A stretch of 64,000 nucleotides of DNA from Minutocellus sp. GHC0000111 (GCA_977018835.1 OZ361260.1:3844001-3908000), one strand, 5' to 3'; shown: positions 12,499 through 24,601, counted from the first letter of the stretch. Made by a program: numbers and translations. Notes: generated from the sequence alone by a model not told the origin.

Positions 12499-14015
12499 TT
12501 AACTCTGATCAGACTCAAAGTCCTTGGGGAGGAAGTCCATCATCTTATTGATTGCCTTGTTGAATGGATCCTTGTCCACAATGCGCCGCTCGTCGCCTCT
12601 CCACTCGGCATTTTCATCCCAGGTGAACCAACTAACAGCGTGGAATCGATCGCCCTGGAATACGTCGCGGCCGTGAAGGGCACGGTAGTTGTCCACCAGC
12701 AAAACATCTCCCGGTTCCATGGAAAGGGCTGTGATGCACTTTTCCGATGCCCTCTTGATCTCCTGGCAGTCCTCCAAATCGAGCGGCTCCATGGTATCCG
12801 CATAGAAAACTTCCGTCATTCCCACCTCTGGTACGCCGCAGGGTCGTCGATCGCGCAGCTTGCGGGCGTGGTTGTGTGCGTTGTTGAACCATACCGGCAT
12901 GCCCGTAACGGGGTGACGATTAATGGGTGACTCGGCGGTTTCAACGGCCTTGGGTGTTGGTAGAGGAGGGAATCAAGAATCGTACTGTTTTGTTAGAAAG
13001 AAGCATAAGATAAGATGTCGTCACGAAATGCACCGTTTTTGACGAGCCAATGTCATTTTCATAACGCATCCCCAACGCCAATGTATCAACTCACCTGCAA
13101 TCGCCCTGGCTTGCCATCTGCCTCATATATCATCTCCAAATCCATATCGAACTTGGGCGCAACGGCAGCGTCAACCAGTCCCTTGATGCCATCCTTCACA
13201 ACGCCTGGGAACGACGGAGGAATGTCCAAGTTGCTCACACTGATCCGAATCTTGCGATCGTACAGCTTCTTCAGGACCTTGGGGTCCATCTCGGCGAGGA
13301 TGGCGGCTCCATCGGCAACCAGGAACCGTCCCCGGGGCTCCATGGGCTCAGTGGCGCGTTGGAAGCAGACGAAGGCGGCATAGGCAGCCGTCCTCTTGGC
13401 GGTCGACTCGCAGTGCAGGCCGATGTAATGTCCCCGAAGGCTGGGCTTGTTCACCTCCTCGTACAGCGCATCGCGCTCGGAGGCAAACTTGCGCAGACCA
13501 GAGGAATGGAGGGGATCGAGGCAAGGCTCGAATCCCAGGGCGTGCCACATGGCACGGTAGCCATTGACGTCCTGCATTAGGTCAAAGCCGCGCACCCAGA
13601 CGGCGCCATACTTGAGGATCTGTTCCTTGTTTTCGCGGAAATACTCGACGCCCTTGGCATTGTCTTCGGGCGTCGCTCGGAGCTCGAGGGGACAGTGAGG
13701 CTGCTTCTTGGCAATGGCCTGCGCCTCCTCGATGTTGATGTTGTCCGAATCCCATTGAGTGAGAGGACATTCCCACATACCGCTGAGATCGGGGTTGGAT
13801 TCATCCGACTTGAGGAATTCGGACGGGTCCTTGCCTACACGGCCCTCCCATTCGGGCATCCATGCCGCATCAGGTGCCACTCGCTCTGGTGCCGGTGGTT
13901 CCATAGTGGATCGAAGGGCAGAGGACGACGACGAGGGAATCGTACGGGAAACCGGCGCAAAAGCCGAAGCCCCTCCAATCAGAGCAGCCGAAAGAGCAAC
14001 GCCAGCAATCTTCAT
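12499..14015 (-). CDS. Plastid-targeted TauD/TfdA-like Fe(II)/2-oxoglutarate dioxygenase, 2 exons (14015-13095, 12948-12499)
   Basis: MKIAGVALSAALIGGASAFAP is a signal peptide plus ASAFAP motif. Also YGAVWVRGF, LHCE (HxE), HPVTGMPVWFN and GDVLLVDNYRALHGR. Intron 12949-13094 is GTGAGT...AG. Confidence 0.88.
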
Positions 14016-14732
14016 TTTTGTTTCTTTTACTACAGTATTGTGATGCGTGGATAGATAGAATTGTGCAGTGAGTTCAGGATCGCACCGAGCCGAGAGGATT
14101 ACTTCTGGAGGAAGGCGGATCGCTGCAAGCTGCATTCAAGCTTGTTTCGTCGACTGCGTGTGAAGTGGTTCTTCAAGTTGCATGTACGTACAAACTCGTA
14201 CGTACCAAAAAGGCGGTCATTGGTGGATCCGAAATATAATATATCTTCCGGGTGTCCGGGCCTTTGAACGAGAAGCCGCATCATGTCGATTTGGCTGACT
14301 GACATCTATCTCATCATCAGGTGCCAACGATGGATGATTTCAGCCTCCTTCTGCGGTCCAATATCACCTCATCGTGCCGTTTCAATTCAAATTTCGGCGG
14401 GCGGGCAGATCATCTCCCCTGCAGTCGTCTTACCAATATCACTGTAGAAAGGGTTGGAGAGCAGCCGCAACTCTTGTCTCTCAAAGTAGAGTAGGAACAT
14501 TATTTATTTGGTTGTTCGTTAAGATACAGATCGTAAGTAAGACGCTCCCATATTTGCGATGATCGATGCGAAGGGATGGCACGGCGTTCTGATAATATAA
14601 TGCCATGATAGCTGCTGCCGCTGTCACCAATGGAGGCCCCTTGCTTCTACAATCTGTCGTTCGTCTTGCTTGATCTCATTAGCTCATTAGCTCTTGCCGG
14701 TACTCACACACCCCTTTGCGTTTGCATGACAC

Positions 14733-17195
14733 ATGTGTCAGTCCAACACCGCCCAACCGAAACCAGAAATTATGGGGGATATGGATAGCAACATGAACCT
14801 TCTCTTGGAGGCGGGAATTTCGTCGGCCATGTTTGACATCGATCCGGGAGATGAGGTCAATCATCCGGCGCAGCAGTTCTTAAACAGCGCCGATGGGAAT
14901 CAATCCATGTCCGTCGACGAGTCTCCCAACTTTGGATCGCTGGGCGCTGATAATGTCATGGGAAGCCCGCCCCTTCTCCCTTTGCAGGGCGACGTGGATG
15001 GAGGGGAGGAAAGTGTGCTGTCAGATGTGGTGGCGACTTCCATTGCCGACTACGTCGCCGCTGCAGCAGCGTCAGCTGTGCCGCATCCTGAACATGTAGA
15101 AGTATCAATACCAGCTGAACGATCGCTACTGCCAACGGTGGTTCCGGCAGCAGCTGTGGCTGCCAGTGCCACTGCTCAATCCAATAATTTGTTCTCGAGG
15201 GGCGCGGGCAACATTGCTAGTTGCACAACATCCAGACTAAGACAACGATCTGACAGCGAGGTAACGCGTAAGAGTACAGCCATGCTTAAGGAACAGTGGA
15301 TGTCGCGCTATAAAGAATTGATCGAATGGAAGAGGAAGCATGGCAACTGCAATGTTCCGCAGCGAGAAAAGAAACTCGGGTGCTGGGTTTCTACTCAACG
15401 AACGCAATATAAGCTACTATGCGAGGGTCGACAATCCCAGATGAATCAGGAGCGGATTGTAAGTAAGCAGGAGCGCATCGTGGGCATTTTGCTGAAGGTT
15501 GCTCGGACTTTTGACTTGCTTTGCGTCGCCTGCATTGGAACTTTTATCTCACATTTTTTTCCTATCGAAAATTCTCAACATAACGCTGCACTCTCTTTTA
15601 GGATTTATTGTAAGCTGAGAGCAATTGCGCGCACATTGTATAAAAACGCGAGCACGAACTATCACTCTAAAAGCGCTTGCATCGAAAAATGTACTGCTTT
15701 GAGGCTTTTGACTTACTCTACGATCGCATTGAGAATGAGCCGCCACTGTGTGCGGTTCGATCAAATAAATAAATGATTATATTTCAATCATCTATCTCAC
15801 ATTTCTCTTCGTCTCTGCTGACATTGATTTACTCGTTTGGCATCACTTTAGGAATGCATTAGATTTTGACTGGGATGTGAGTCAGTTATCGTAATTTACG
15901 TCTTCCAATATTTCTTTCTTTTATTTTCTCTCGTCTCAACATTTTCAATACGGTAACAATTCTTTCTCAAACTCACAGCCAAGAGGAATTTGGAAGCGCG
16001 TACGGAAGGGATCTGCTGAAGATGATGGTCCTGCTAGTCCGGCCACTGCCAAAGGTGCTGATAGAAATGATCGCAAGTGGAAAATTTGGTTCGACCAACT
16101 CGTCAAATTCAAAGAACAGCATGGTCATTGCATCGTAACCAGAAAGCAAGACAATAGGTAAGGATTTGAATTTATTTGGATTTGTCTGTTTCGGTTTTGG
16201 TTCTACGTAGCTTGTTACCTCATGCAATGCATTTATTTCCATTTGCCCTTTCTGGGCTCAATAGCCTCGGGATTTGGGTGCAAAAGCAAAGAAAATTCTT
16301 CCGAGAACGTCAAGCGGGCAAAACTTCTAATATACTGACATCGGAGAAGGTGGTGAGTTTATTGTATGAACTTTCTTTTTGTATACAACCGCTGGTGTTT
16401 TCGAATTTGGAAGCATGATACTGACCGAACAGAAAATCTAATGTTTTGCTTCATTCATCGTTACCCGCTCTGAACGAACAGGCGCTTCTCAATTCAATTG
16501 GATTTACTTGGGTGGTATGTCCAGGGACGAAATCAGGGAAACCTGCTAGCACCATGTTAGAGGATCCCAAAACGGATTCCAAGGCGGAGGAGGCAGTAAA
16601 TAGCCAACCGCTGCCAAAAACGGCAAACAAGGATAATCTTAAGCTTGAATGGGATGATACGGGGAAAGACGTGGATTCCGATCAATGGGATCAGATGTTT
16701 TTTGAGCTTTCACAGTACAAGGTGATTAATGGACATACGAATGTGCAGCCTTGGCCAACTGAACCAAGGGTATGTGAGCTATCGGCATGGTGCGATATCC
16801 AGCGCCAACATTATGCAAATCTATGGTCCGATCGATGCTCGCAGTTGACGGAAAATCAAATAAAGCAGCTTAATCATTTGGGCTTTGACTGGACGACATC
16901 GAGTAGTGACGGGGATGAAGAATGGGCTACCAAGCTCGAAATGTTGAGGCAGTATCATGTGGCCAATGGGCACACAAATGTGCCCAGGAATCACGGGACA
17001 CTTGGAGCGTGGGTGGATGCTCAAAGAATTGCAATGAAGAACATGCTGGAAGGCAAGACTTCTCATTCAGGACAAACTCAAATGACTTGGGAGCGTTTCT
17101 CACGGCTTGAGGCATTGGGCTTTGAATTCACCGTCAGAAGTGGGCTTTCTTCTTCCGATGAAAAGGCTCAAGAGGCATGTCACAAGTCCCAGTAG
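14733..17195 (+). CDS. Helicase-associated (HA) domain repeat protein with 4 HA repeats, 6 exons (14733-15458, 15602-15609, 15852-15876, 15979-16157, 16265-16352, 16482-17195)
   Basis: Repeated W..(R/M)..EL..(Y/F/W)K..HG(H/N)C.VP...LG.WV..QR...L..LGF.W motif. All five introns are GT-AG and keep the frame. Confidence 0.85.
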
Positions 17196-17446
17196 TAACT
17201 GCTAGTGAGGTATTGCCGTGTCATCATCGTACCTGCTAGCTAGCTATCTACCGTACCTAGGTAGGATAGCACTGGTTTTTAATAAGGGGGACTGTTGTAG
17301 CGTACATGACCTAAAAGTATTGGTGCTTAGATTGAACTATGACCTGTTCAGTACATGTACTGAACGCGCTAGCTACGTAGCTAGATGCAGTACCGGTGAA
17401 GCCCAAAGATACATGCACCAGTACCAGTATGCTTTTCGTTTTTTTT

Positions 17447-19126
17447 TCAGAGAATGCACACGCAGCTCAGAGAACGGATCATTTCTTCCTTCCCATTCAA
17501 GCTGCTGCTGGCGCTACTGCAGCTAGCATCATCGTCGCTCGCATCTTTGACACTGCAGGTATCGATTGTACTCGCTGTTTCTTCTTCTTCTTCGCCCTCC
17601 TCTTCATCCTCCTCCTTCTGTAGCTCCTTCTGCTGCAACTTCTCATGACTAAGCATGATCTTTTCGAGCCACTTGCACATGTAATCCATGCCCATCCAGT
17701 GCAACGATTCGAGCTCAACCTTGATACCCATTTCATCCATGAGAGCAAGTTCCTGCCTTCGATACATTCGGGACTTGGCCGTGACATCGTCGCCTGATAC
17801 GAATGCGCAACCCTCTTCCCCAAGCCGCGCAATCTTTTTTCGATCCAAGTTGGTCAACGCTTGGAAGACGTTGGAGGGCAAATCCGACCCCGACCCCGAC
17901 CTCATGGCATGTACTTGAGACGGACGAAGGCCCACCCACTGGATGGGTACACCGTAACGCTCGGTACCGTCCAGACCCATCCGAGCACTTCCTCTCCTGT
18001 ACGTCTGCAGAACCCCGATTCCGTACGGATTGCAATCGCACAATCCATAGACTGGCAGCCCAAGCTCGGTGTGAAGAGTATATACCAGAGCCCGAGTGGC
18101 GAGATCCGGATAGCCCTTGCCGGTCACCAGGATGCAAGGATAGCGATCATAGAAGCGATCCTCCGAAAGGCGGGTATAAACACCCTCTTTCTCTATGACC
18201 AGGATGCACTTGGCATTGCGGCTGGATATTTGGAACGGCTGAGATGCATGGAACGTGCCACTGGTACTGGTACCGGTACTGGTACCGGTACTTTTCTCCG
18301 CCGTCGATTGCATCGTTGTTGACCTATCGATCCACTCCCGAGTGATGGGCAGCCCCTGGACGGACGAGAGTGCCGTCCCATCGACTCGACCTTGAGCTCC
18401 AGTCCCTCCGTCGGAGGCGTAGGCGGCGTTGGTGGAGCAGGTTGTTTCTCCATCCACACTGCCACCATCATCATGACACCGCATTATCTCGACGCAGCCA
18501 CAGAACCAGCCCTTGGGAGATGCCGCCAAACCCAACGCAACACGGGGCACTTGAAGCAGGGCGGCGCAGTCCAGAATGGCGGCATCGCACTCCCTCTGCG
18601 ACCGAAAGTGCGTCACGTAGTGGTAGTATACCTCCCGGGTGGTGGTGGTTCGTTTGGATTGGAGCAGATTCTGCACGAAGGACAGTATGAGGAGCACGGA
18701 GGTGTACGATCGGCACTGGTGAAGGTTGAGGGACTTGGTCACGACAGCAGTAGCGGCAGCGGCAGCAGCGGCGGCGCCATTGCCTGGAGTTGTGGAGCCG
18801 CTGGTCGGACGGCCGATCCGGCCACCGTAGATGCCATCCTCATCCATCTCGTTGCTGCCGATCGCCGCTGCATGGCTGCCGCCCGCGCGCCGCCGGCGAC
18901 GGTACGTGTATTTGGTGGCCGACCGGACCGATAGAGGCGTTGTCAGCAGAGGCTCGTTGCGAGCATGAAGAGCATCCACGATGGCCATCGTCACCTCCTC
19001 GATTCGATTGAGGACGTCCGCCGGCGAGTACAGAGGAGGCACCTGTGCTGGGGTGGTTGGCGTGGATGAGGATACGGATGTGGATGTGGATGTGGACGAC
19101 GATGTCGATGCATCGTCGTCGCTCAT
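17447..19126 (-). CDS. SPO11: SPO11 / topoisomerase VI A subunit, most similar in motif to meiotic SPO11-2
   Basis: TTREVYY (catalytic Tyr), ILVIEKEGVYTRLSED, ILVTGKGYPDLATR, DCNPYG (TOPRIM), GSARMGL...RYGVPIQWVGLR and KVELE. Single intronless ORF. Confidence 0.92.
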   Translation of the reverse strand: MSDDDASTSSSTSTSTSVSSSTPTTPAQVPPLYSPADVLNRIEEVTMAIVDALHARNEPLLTTPLSVRSATKYTYRRRRRAGGSHAAAIGSNEMDEDGIYGGRIGRPTSGSTTPGNGAAAAAAAATAVVTKSLNLHQCRSYTSVLLILSFVQNLLQSKRTTTTREVYYHYVTHFRSQRECDAAILDCAALLQVPRVALGLAASPKGWFCGCVEIMRCHDDGGSVDGETTCSTNAAYASDGGTGAQGRVDGTALSSVQGLPITREWIDRSTTMQSTAEKSTGTSTGTSTSGTFHASQPFQISSRNAKCILVIEKEGVYTRLSEDRFYDRYPCILVTGKGYPDLATRALVYTLHTELGLPVYGLCDCNPYGIGVLQTYRRGSARMGLDGTERYGVPIQWVGLRPSQVHAMRSGSGSDLPSNVFQALTNLDRKKIARLGEEGCAFVSGDDVTAKSRMYRRQELALMDEMGIKVELESLHWMGMDYMCKWLEKIMLSHEKLQQKELQKEEDEEEGEEEEETASTIDTCSVKDASDDDASCSSASSSLNGKEEMIRSLSCVCIL

Positions 19127-19642
19127 TCTTGTACATGTAGGAATTCTACTAGTACTGTGGTGACAGCTCTGTACTCTGTGCTCGCCTTGGCTGTGCTCTT
19201 CTGGTTTAGGAATAGGAATTCCTTCTTTGGATCGTTTTCAAGCAAGGGGACAGCGTTTTCGCTCATCAGTAGTCATGCATTGCAGCATCATTTTGATGAA
19301 ACATCTCAGCCATCTTCATCTTCTGCGAGTCGAGTCGAGTGAATCGAATCTACGTCAATTTTTTTCTTGTACCAGGAGGGGATAAAAAAACTCATTTCCC
19401 GGGGGGAAACCCCCTGTCAATCAAATCGAGTCGCGACCACTTTCGGTGGCCGGCCGGCGCGCGAAGCAACCGACCGGCGCGCCCAACGCGAGCCACCATG
19501 GCGGCAAAAATTCAAATTGCCGCCGCTACGTGCAGAACGAAGGCGATATCTCGCGCTGGTGTGGGAGAATTACGGCACGAGACCAACCAGGTGCTCCCGA
19601 CATCCTGGTGACATTCCCGTTGGTCTCGATCCACAATTCTCC

Positions 19643-21174
19643 ATGAGCAAAAAAAACAACGGCCGCAATCCCGCGGTCAACACCGCAGAGACAGAGTTGC
19701 GGTGCAGGACGCCCTGCCTGGCTGAACTGCTCGTCCGTCTTCGCAGAAAGGAACTTCATTACTGCAATTTCATCGGCAACAACAACGACTCCTTGATGAA
19801 TGTGTTGGGATGCAGTCCCATCATGTGCGGCGCCGTCATGTGCACTGCGGGCATCTTGGGTTTGAAGAAGAAGAAACACGAAGACTGCGATGTGTTTTTT
19901 GTGAGGACAGACAACCAGAATGGATGGGATGAAATGGCATCAAGACACTGCCTTGCCGACGACGTTCAGCGAACCCCATACAAAAAGAGCATGTTTGTTC
20001 GCCTCGGTTCTGTCAATCCTCGTGCAGCCGACGCTCTCCATGATGATGGATGGATGGCTTTCGACATGGTCACACGGTCGAGCAACAATTTCGCCTCGAA
20101 ACACCGCCGCCGCGGCTCAATTTGACGAAGGCATGTAGTGCATTCCTCAAGTCGGTCGCACCACATGTGTCGGTGGGACATGCGGCGATGGACTGCGGAA
20201 TCAACAGGCAGATGTTGCTCGAGGCCCAGAAGTTCCCTGGTGGGTGTAATGGCCAGGACGATGGGTGGGACAATGACGACGATGTTGGGACGGTGGGCAC
20301 CCTGACCACGACGGAGGCCGGCGAGATCAGTGAGGACGATGACGACGAAGACGAGGACTGTGTGCCCTGTTATGAGGACGAAGCTGACATTGCAAGAGAG
20401 AGGACGCTACACATGAAGCATGCATGCAGCAGCACTTTGAGAAGAATCGTCAGAAGCACGGTGATGGCGAGCCAGAGATGGGAGCTGTCGATGATGCCGA
20501 GGATGACGATGCCCCTCACTTCCACTTCCTGAAAAGGCCGGCATTGAGGCGGCCGACTCAGGTAAAATAAGGGCAGTGCTGGCAGAATGCTGGAGAGCTT
20601 TATCTATTAATATTTCTGATGGCAACAACAAGAAGAAACCAAGGACAACAGATTTCATCCACCATAACACCTCCACCAAAGGAACTCTCCTAGAGCACAA
20701 TCGCGAGGAAGATGGCATGACGGATGACGACATCAAAGAGCTCTCTGCAAAGCTTGCTCTAATTTGCTCCACACTCTTGACGCAATATATTCCAGGTTTC
20801 TGAAATGGTACATGAAATGGGATGATGAGGCAAAGAAGGCTGTGAGAGAGCTTGAAGCATTGATTGCAAGTGCCCTCAAGCAAGCACGGGCAATCGGTGT
20901 TAGCACAACGCCCAAGTGGCACTTGCTCGAAGATCACATCTTGGACCAACACATTTGGCTAGTGAAGAATGGATGGGGCGGCATCTATTGGCTCGACGAA
21001 TCGTTTGTAGAGCGAGCCCACCAAGAGGGCGTTAAGGAAGATCGTCGGACTCAGGGCGTCAAGGGACATGAGGCCCAACAGACGGCGCAGTTCAAGGCTG
21101 AGGAGAGGGCATCCATCCAATCCAAAGGTCGAGGAGAGGCGGACAGTGTCGCGATTGAGCAAAAAAGTAAATAG
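19643..21174 (+). mobile_element. Degenerate DDE transposase relic, Chapaev/Transib-like C-terminal motif
   Basis: Four broken overlapping ORFs. The last contains TPKWHLLEDH...GGIYWLDESFVERAHQEG. No TIRs found. Confidence 0.5.
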
Positions 21175-21425
21175 TACACCCAAACAAACACATCACGTCC
21201 TTCTTAACTCACCCATTTATCTCCCAGACCAAAAAGTCCCTTTGTCGGGTTGATTGTTGCATAAACTTATCCCAACACTGTCTCTCCTCGGGCGCAAAAT
21301 TATTGCGGGCTTTTCCCTCTCGAATTTCCAAGGAAGTTTTCTGACGTGGCTGTTTTTCGCTTCCCTCAAAAACTCTCTTGTTTGGACTGCCTCTGAATCT
21401 CAGAGCGAAGCATAAAACAGCAACC

Positions 21426-21972
21426 ATGACCGAAAAGGACGAGAAGAACGAACCACAGATCGCCGTGACGGCCGAGCCGGTAGCATCGGCCGGCGGTCCG
21501 CAGCAGACCGGTTCTCCGATCCCACCGGGCCACTCTCGTTACTACTGTTCCAAATGCCATGCGGTGGGTTTCTTGGTGTTGGTTTCCTGGAAATCAATCA
21601 ATAAATAAAGCATGATTCGTAGAACGAATCAACCAAAGCGTCACGGACTTGGCTTGGACCAATTACGACGTATCCGATTATCCAAAAATTGCGGGTTGTA
21701 CGATGATCAATTCTGTGCAGAAATAAATATTGGTTCCACGAGCGTTGGGCGGCACATTGATTGTTACGTAGTTTTAGCTAGACGATAGTTGCGTCCGTTC
21801 GTACCGTGCGTTCCTTCGACGTGCCAATTCTCATCAACCCCTTTGCTTTTCGCATTTATCTCAATGACAGCCATATGACCTCCCCGACAAAGCAACAAGC
21901 TGGAGATGCGCCAACTGTTCGACGTTCAATTCCATCACACCCGGCGAGTGCGAGTGGTGCACGATATTGTAG
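21426..21972 (+). CDS. 79-aa zinc-ribbon protein with C-terminal CaaX box, 2 exons (21426-21563, 21871-21972)
   Basis: Spliced product ends ...YYCSKCHA|PYDLPDKATSWRCANCSTFNSITPGECEWCTIL*. Intron is GTGGGT...ACAG, phase 0. Confidence 0.8.
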
Positions 21973-22304
21973 ATCGCAACGCGGATTAAGCAATGTTGAG
22001 GGCATGGAAGCATGGAATGTCGGAATGGTTCGATTGTCGATGTCGGAATTGATCGATTGGACCGGAACAATAGCCGGAGCAGAACTAAAAGTATGTGATA
22101 TACGTGTATGGTGGTAATAGAAACGGGGATATATTTGTGGCATCTTTGTGTTGGTCAAGTTGGATATCGAAATTTCAGAGACGGGAAACGGAGAAAAGGA
22201 CCGCTCGATTCTCAACATCGCATTGGCGGCAGATAGATGCATCTCGCCGTCATGCCAACTCGTGGAGCTCATGTATGATCTACATTAGACCGTTAAATTC
22301 ATTA

Positions 22305-23093
22305 TCATACAACAACATGTCTTTCTCCTTGCGGCTCGGATGGAGCTTCGCTCATAAATTGGTACTCTTGCCTTGACTTCTGCTCGATTCCCTTTTGTGC
22401 CTTACTTGAAATAACGGCCTCTCCAATCTCTTGACGGGACGCACCGCGGGCCCTCTTGCGCATTATTAGACCATCAATCACCCAATAAAACAACGCATTG
22501 AGCAACATGGGTCCTATCACCATTGTCAGCAGTAGTTCTAGACGCGGTCGGCCCACAAACGGTGCTTCCAAAGCCGATGCGACACTATCCAAAACATTTC
22601 TCAGCGGCAGAATAACAACAAATGCCGTAACAATTTTTTCAGCACTGGCCAACAAGCCCCATACCAATGTTTGCGCCAACCAGGGTTTCCATGATTGTTT
22701 CCATGATAGCGGTGGGGTACCATACTCTCCTGTTCGTAGCAGAGTCCATTGATTTCGTTCCACGATGTAATTGTAAAGACGCATGGCCAATGACAATAAG
22801 ACCAGGCCACATGCCACCGTTATTGTAAAATTCACAAGATACCAAATGCATTCACTGGCGGTACCCCCACGGGCAAACAGGACGCCCAAAATCATGTTGG
22901 TGATGTGCTGGAGCGCCGACGCATATGCCTGTTTGGAACAGTCCAACGACCACACCAGCCAAGAGCGCTGATCGCTCTCAATACTCCGCTTATAAACGAG
23001 AGCCGCCACAGCTGTTATTGCCAGGAAGAATTGAATAAAGATCTCGTATGGACCTCCGAGGAGGGTGCATTGCTGCTGGTACGGCTGATCCAT
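22305..23093 (-). CDS. STIMATE/TMEM110 / YPL162C-like membrane protein
   Basis: CTLLGG...IQFFLA...LVYKR...RSWLVWSLDCSKQ, C(I)WYLVNF, GEYGTPP and NALFYWVIDGLI, with several TM helices. Confidence 0.82.
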   Translation of the reverse strand: MDQPYQQQCTLLGGPYEIFIQFFLAITAVAALVYKRSIESDQRSWLVWSLDCSKQAYASALQHITNMILGVLFARGGTASECIWYLVNFTITVACGLVLLSLAMRLYNYIVERNQWTLLRTGEYGTPPLSWKQSWKPWLAQTLVWGLLASAEKIVTAFVVILPLRNVLDSVASALEAPFVGRPRLELLLTMVIGPMLLNALFYWVIDGLIMRKRARGASRQEIGEAVISSKAQKGIEQKSRQEYQFMSEAPSEPQGERHVVV

Positions 23094-23456
23094 CGTCTCA
23101 TCCAGATATCGGGCATCGGCAAATTTTTGGTCCAGCATTGTAAAAAGTGCAATACGATGCTGGATGGGGAGAAACGGCCACTCTGGAAACAGAATCTAGG
23201 GATCCCTATACATGCATCGGCATCCCTGTCAGGTTGGCATGCATTCACTCCGCGGTGCGTGGCCTTGTCGTTGCTTTTTGTTTGCTCGTCTTCTATGCGC
23301 CGGCAGCCGCAATTGCCTACACGGAGTTTGGCCATGGTTGGCTTCGATTTTTTCATCGTTAGTGATGACAGGCACTAAACTAAACTCCAAGGCCACTAAG
23401 AACTCCTTCTACGGCCATCGGCCATCCATCACAGTCACCACAAGTTCAACTGAACC

Positions 23457-24601
23457 ATGTTCTGCACCGCCGCTCGCACCGCTTTGACCAGAGGCGGAAG
23501 CGCCGCCCTTCGGGTGCGCGTCGTGCCGCTCGCCTCCCGCAAGGCGACGAACGGCGGGCCCATGTACCAGCGCCGGCTCCTCTCCGACAAGGCCAAGCAG
23601 GAGACCACAGATGCGGCTGCCAAGGATACGGCAGCGTCCGCCAACAAGGCCAAGGCCGAGGCACCTCCCACCGCCGCCGAGGAGAAGAAGGGCGGTTGGT
23701 GGCATTCGGCCGAATTTTGGGGCGGTCTCGGAGCTTTGGCCGGATGGGGCAGTGAGTTGCTTTCTTGATGATATAAATTGGAACTCGTATTTTCTTCGGG
23801 CAATTGTGATTTATCGGCATTTTGCGTATGCACTTATGCCATGGTCAGATCTCGCAGTCCACTCACGACATACATTCTTATTACCCCTCTAATTTCCGCC
23901 TTTTCATCAACCAACATGCAGTGTCTGGTGCGGCCATATCCGATGCCGTCAACCAAGGGCCGGAAATCATATCGTTGAACATGACTGGAGTTCTTATTGT
24001 GTATTCCTCCCTGTTCGCTCGATGGGCCTACATTGTCAAACCACGCAACATGCTTCTGTGTGGATGCCACGTGACCAATGTCGTTGCTCAGTGCAACCAG
24101 ATGCGCCGCGCTCTTGAGTACAAGATGGAGCAGGGAGAGACCGAGCAGGTGAAAGACATTACCGCCAAGGCTGCCGCCACCGCCGCAGGTGCCGGCTCCT
24201 TTGTTCTTCTTGGCCCTACGCTCCAGTCCATGCTGAGCGGAGCCAACCTTGGCATCATCTCGAGCATTGCAGCTGCCGATGCCGGCCCCTTTACTGTTCA
24301 CTTTTGGGCTCCAATGTCGAAGTGGCTGATCAGTGGCGCATCGTTTATGGATCTCAACAGGCCGACGGATAAGATTTCCATCGCTCAGTACACGGCGCTA
24401 ACCTTGACAGGTTTCTTTTTCAGTAGATATTCTCTGCTCGTGACCCCGATCAACTACACGCTGTGCAGTGTCAATGTTGCTCTGTTTGGTAGCTCGGCCT
24501 GGCACTTGGGACGAAAGATAAATGCGGATTATTTGACTGACAAGCCCGAAGCAGAAGAAGCAGCCGTAGATGCCGACGCCGAAAAGAAGACCGAGCAATA
24601 A
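23457..24601 (+). CDS. MPC: Mitochondrial pyruvate carrier with two MPC domains fused (MPC1-like + MPC2-like), 2 exons (23457-23751, 23922-24601)
   Basis: Arg/Ala-rich presequence. Domain 1: FWGG..GWGMSGAAISD..PEIISLNMT..YSSLFARWAYIVKPRNMLL..CH. Domain 2: AGPFTVHFWAPMSKW..DLNRPTDKIS..TG..SRYS..P.NYTLCSVN. Confidence 0.92.
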
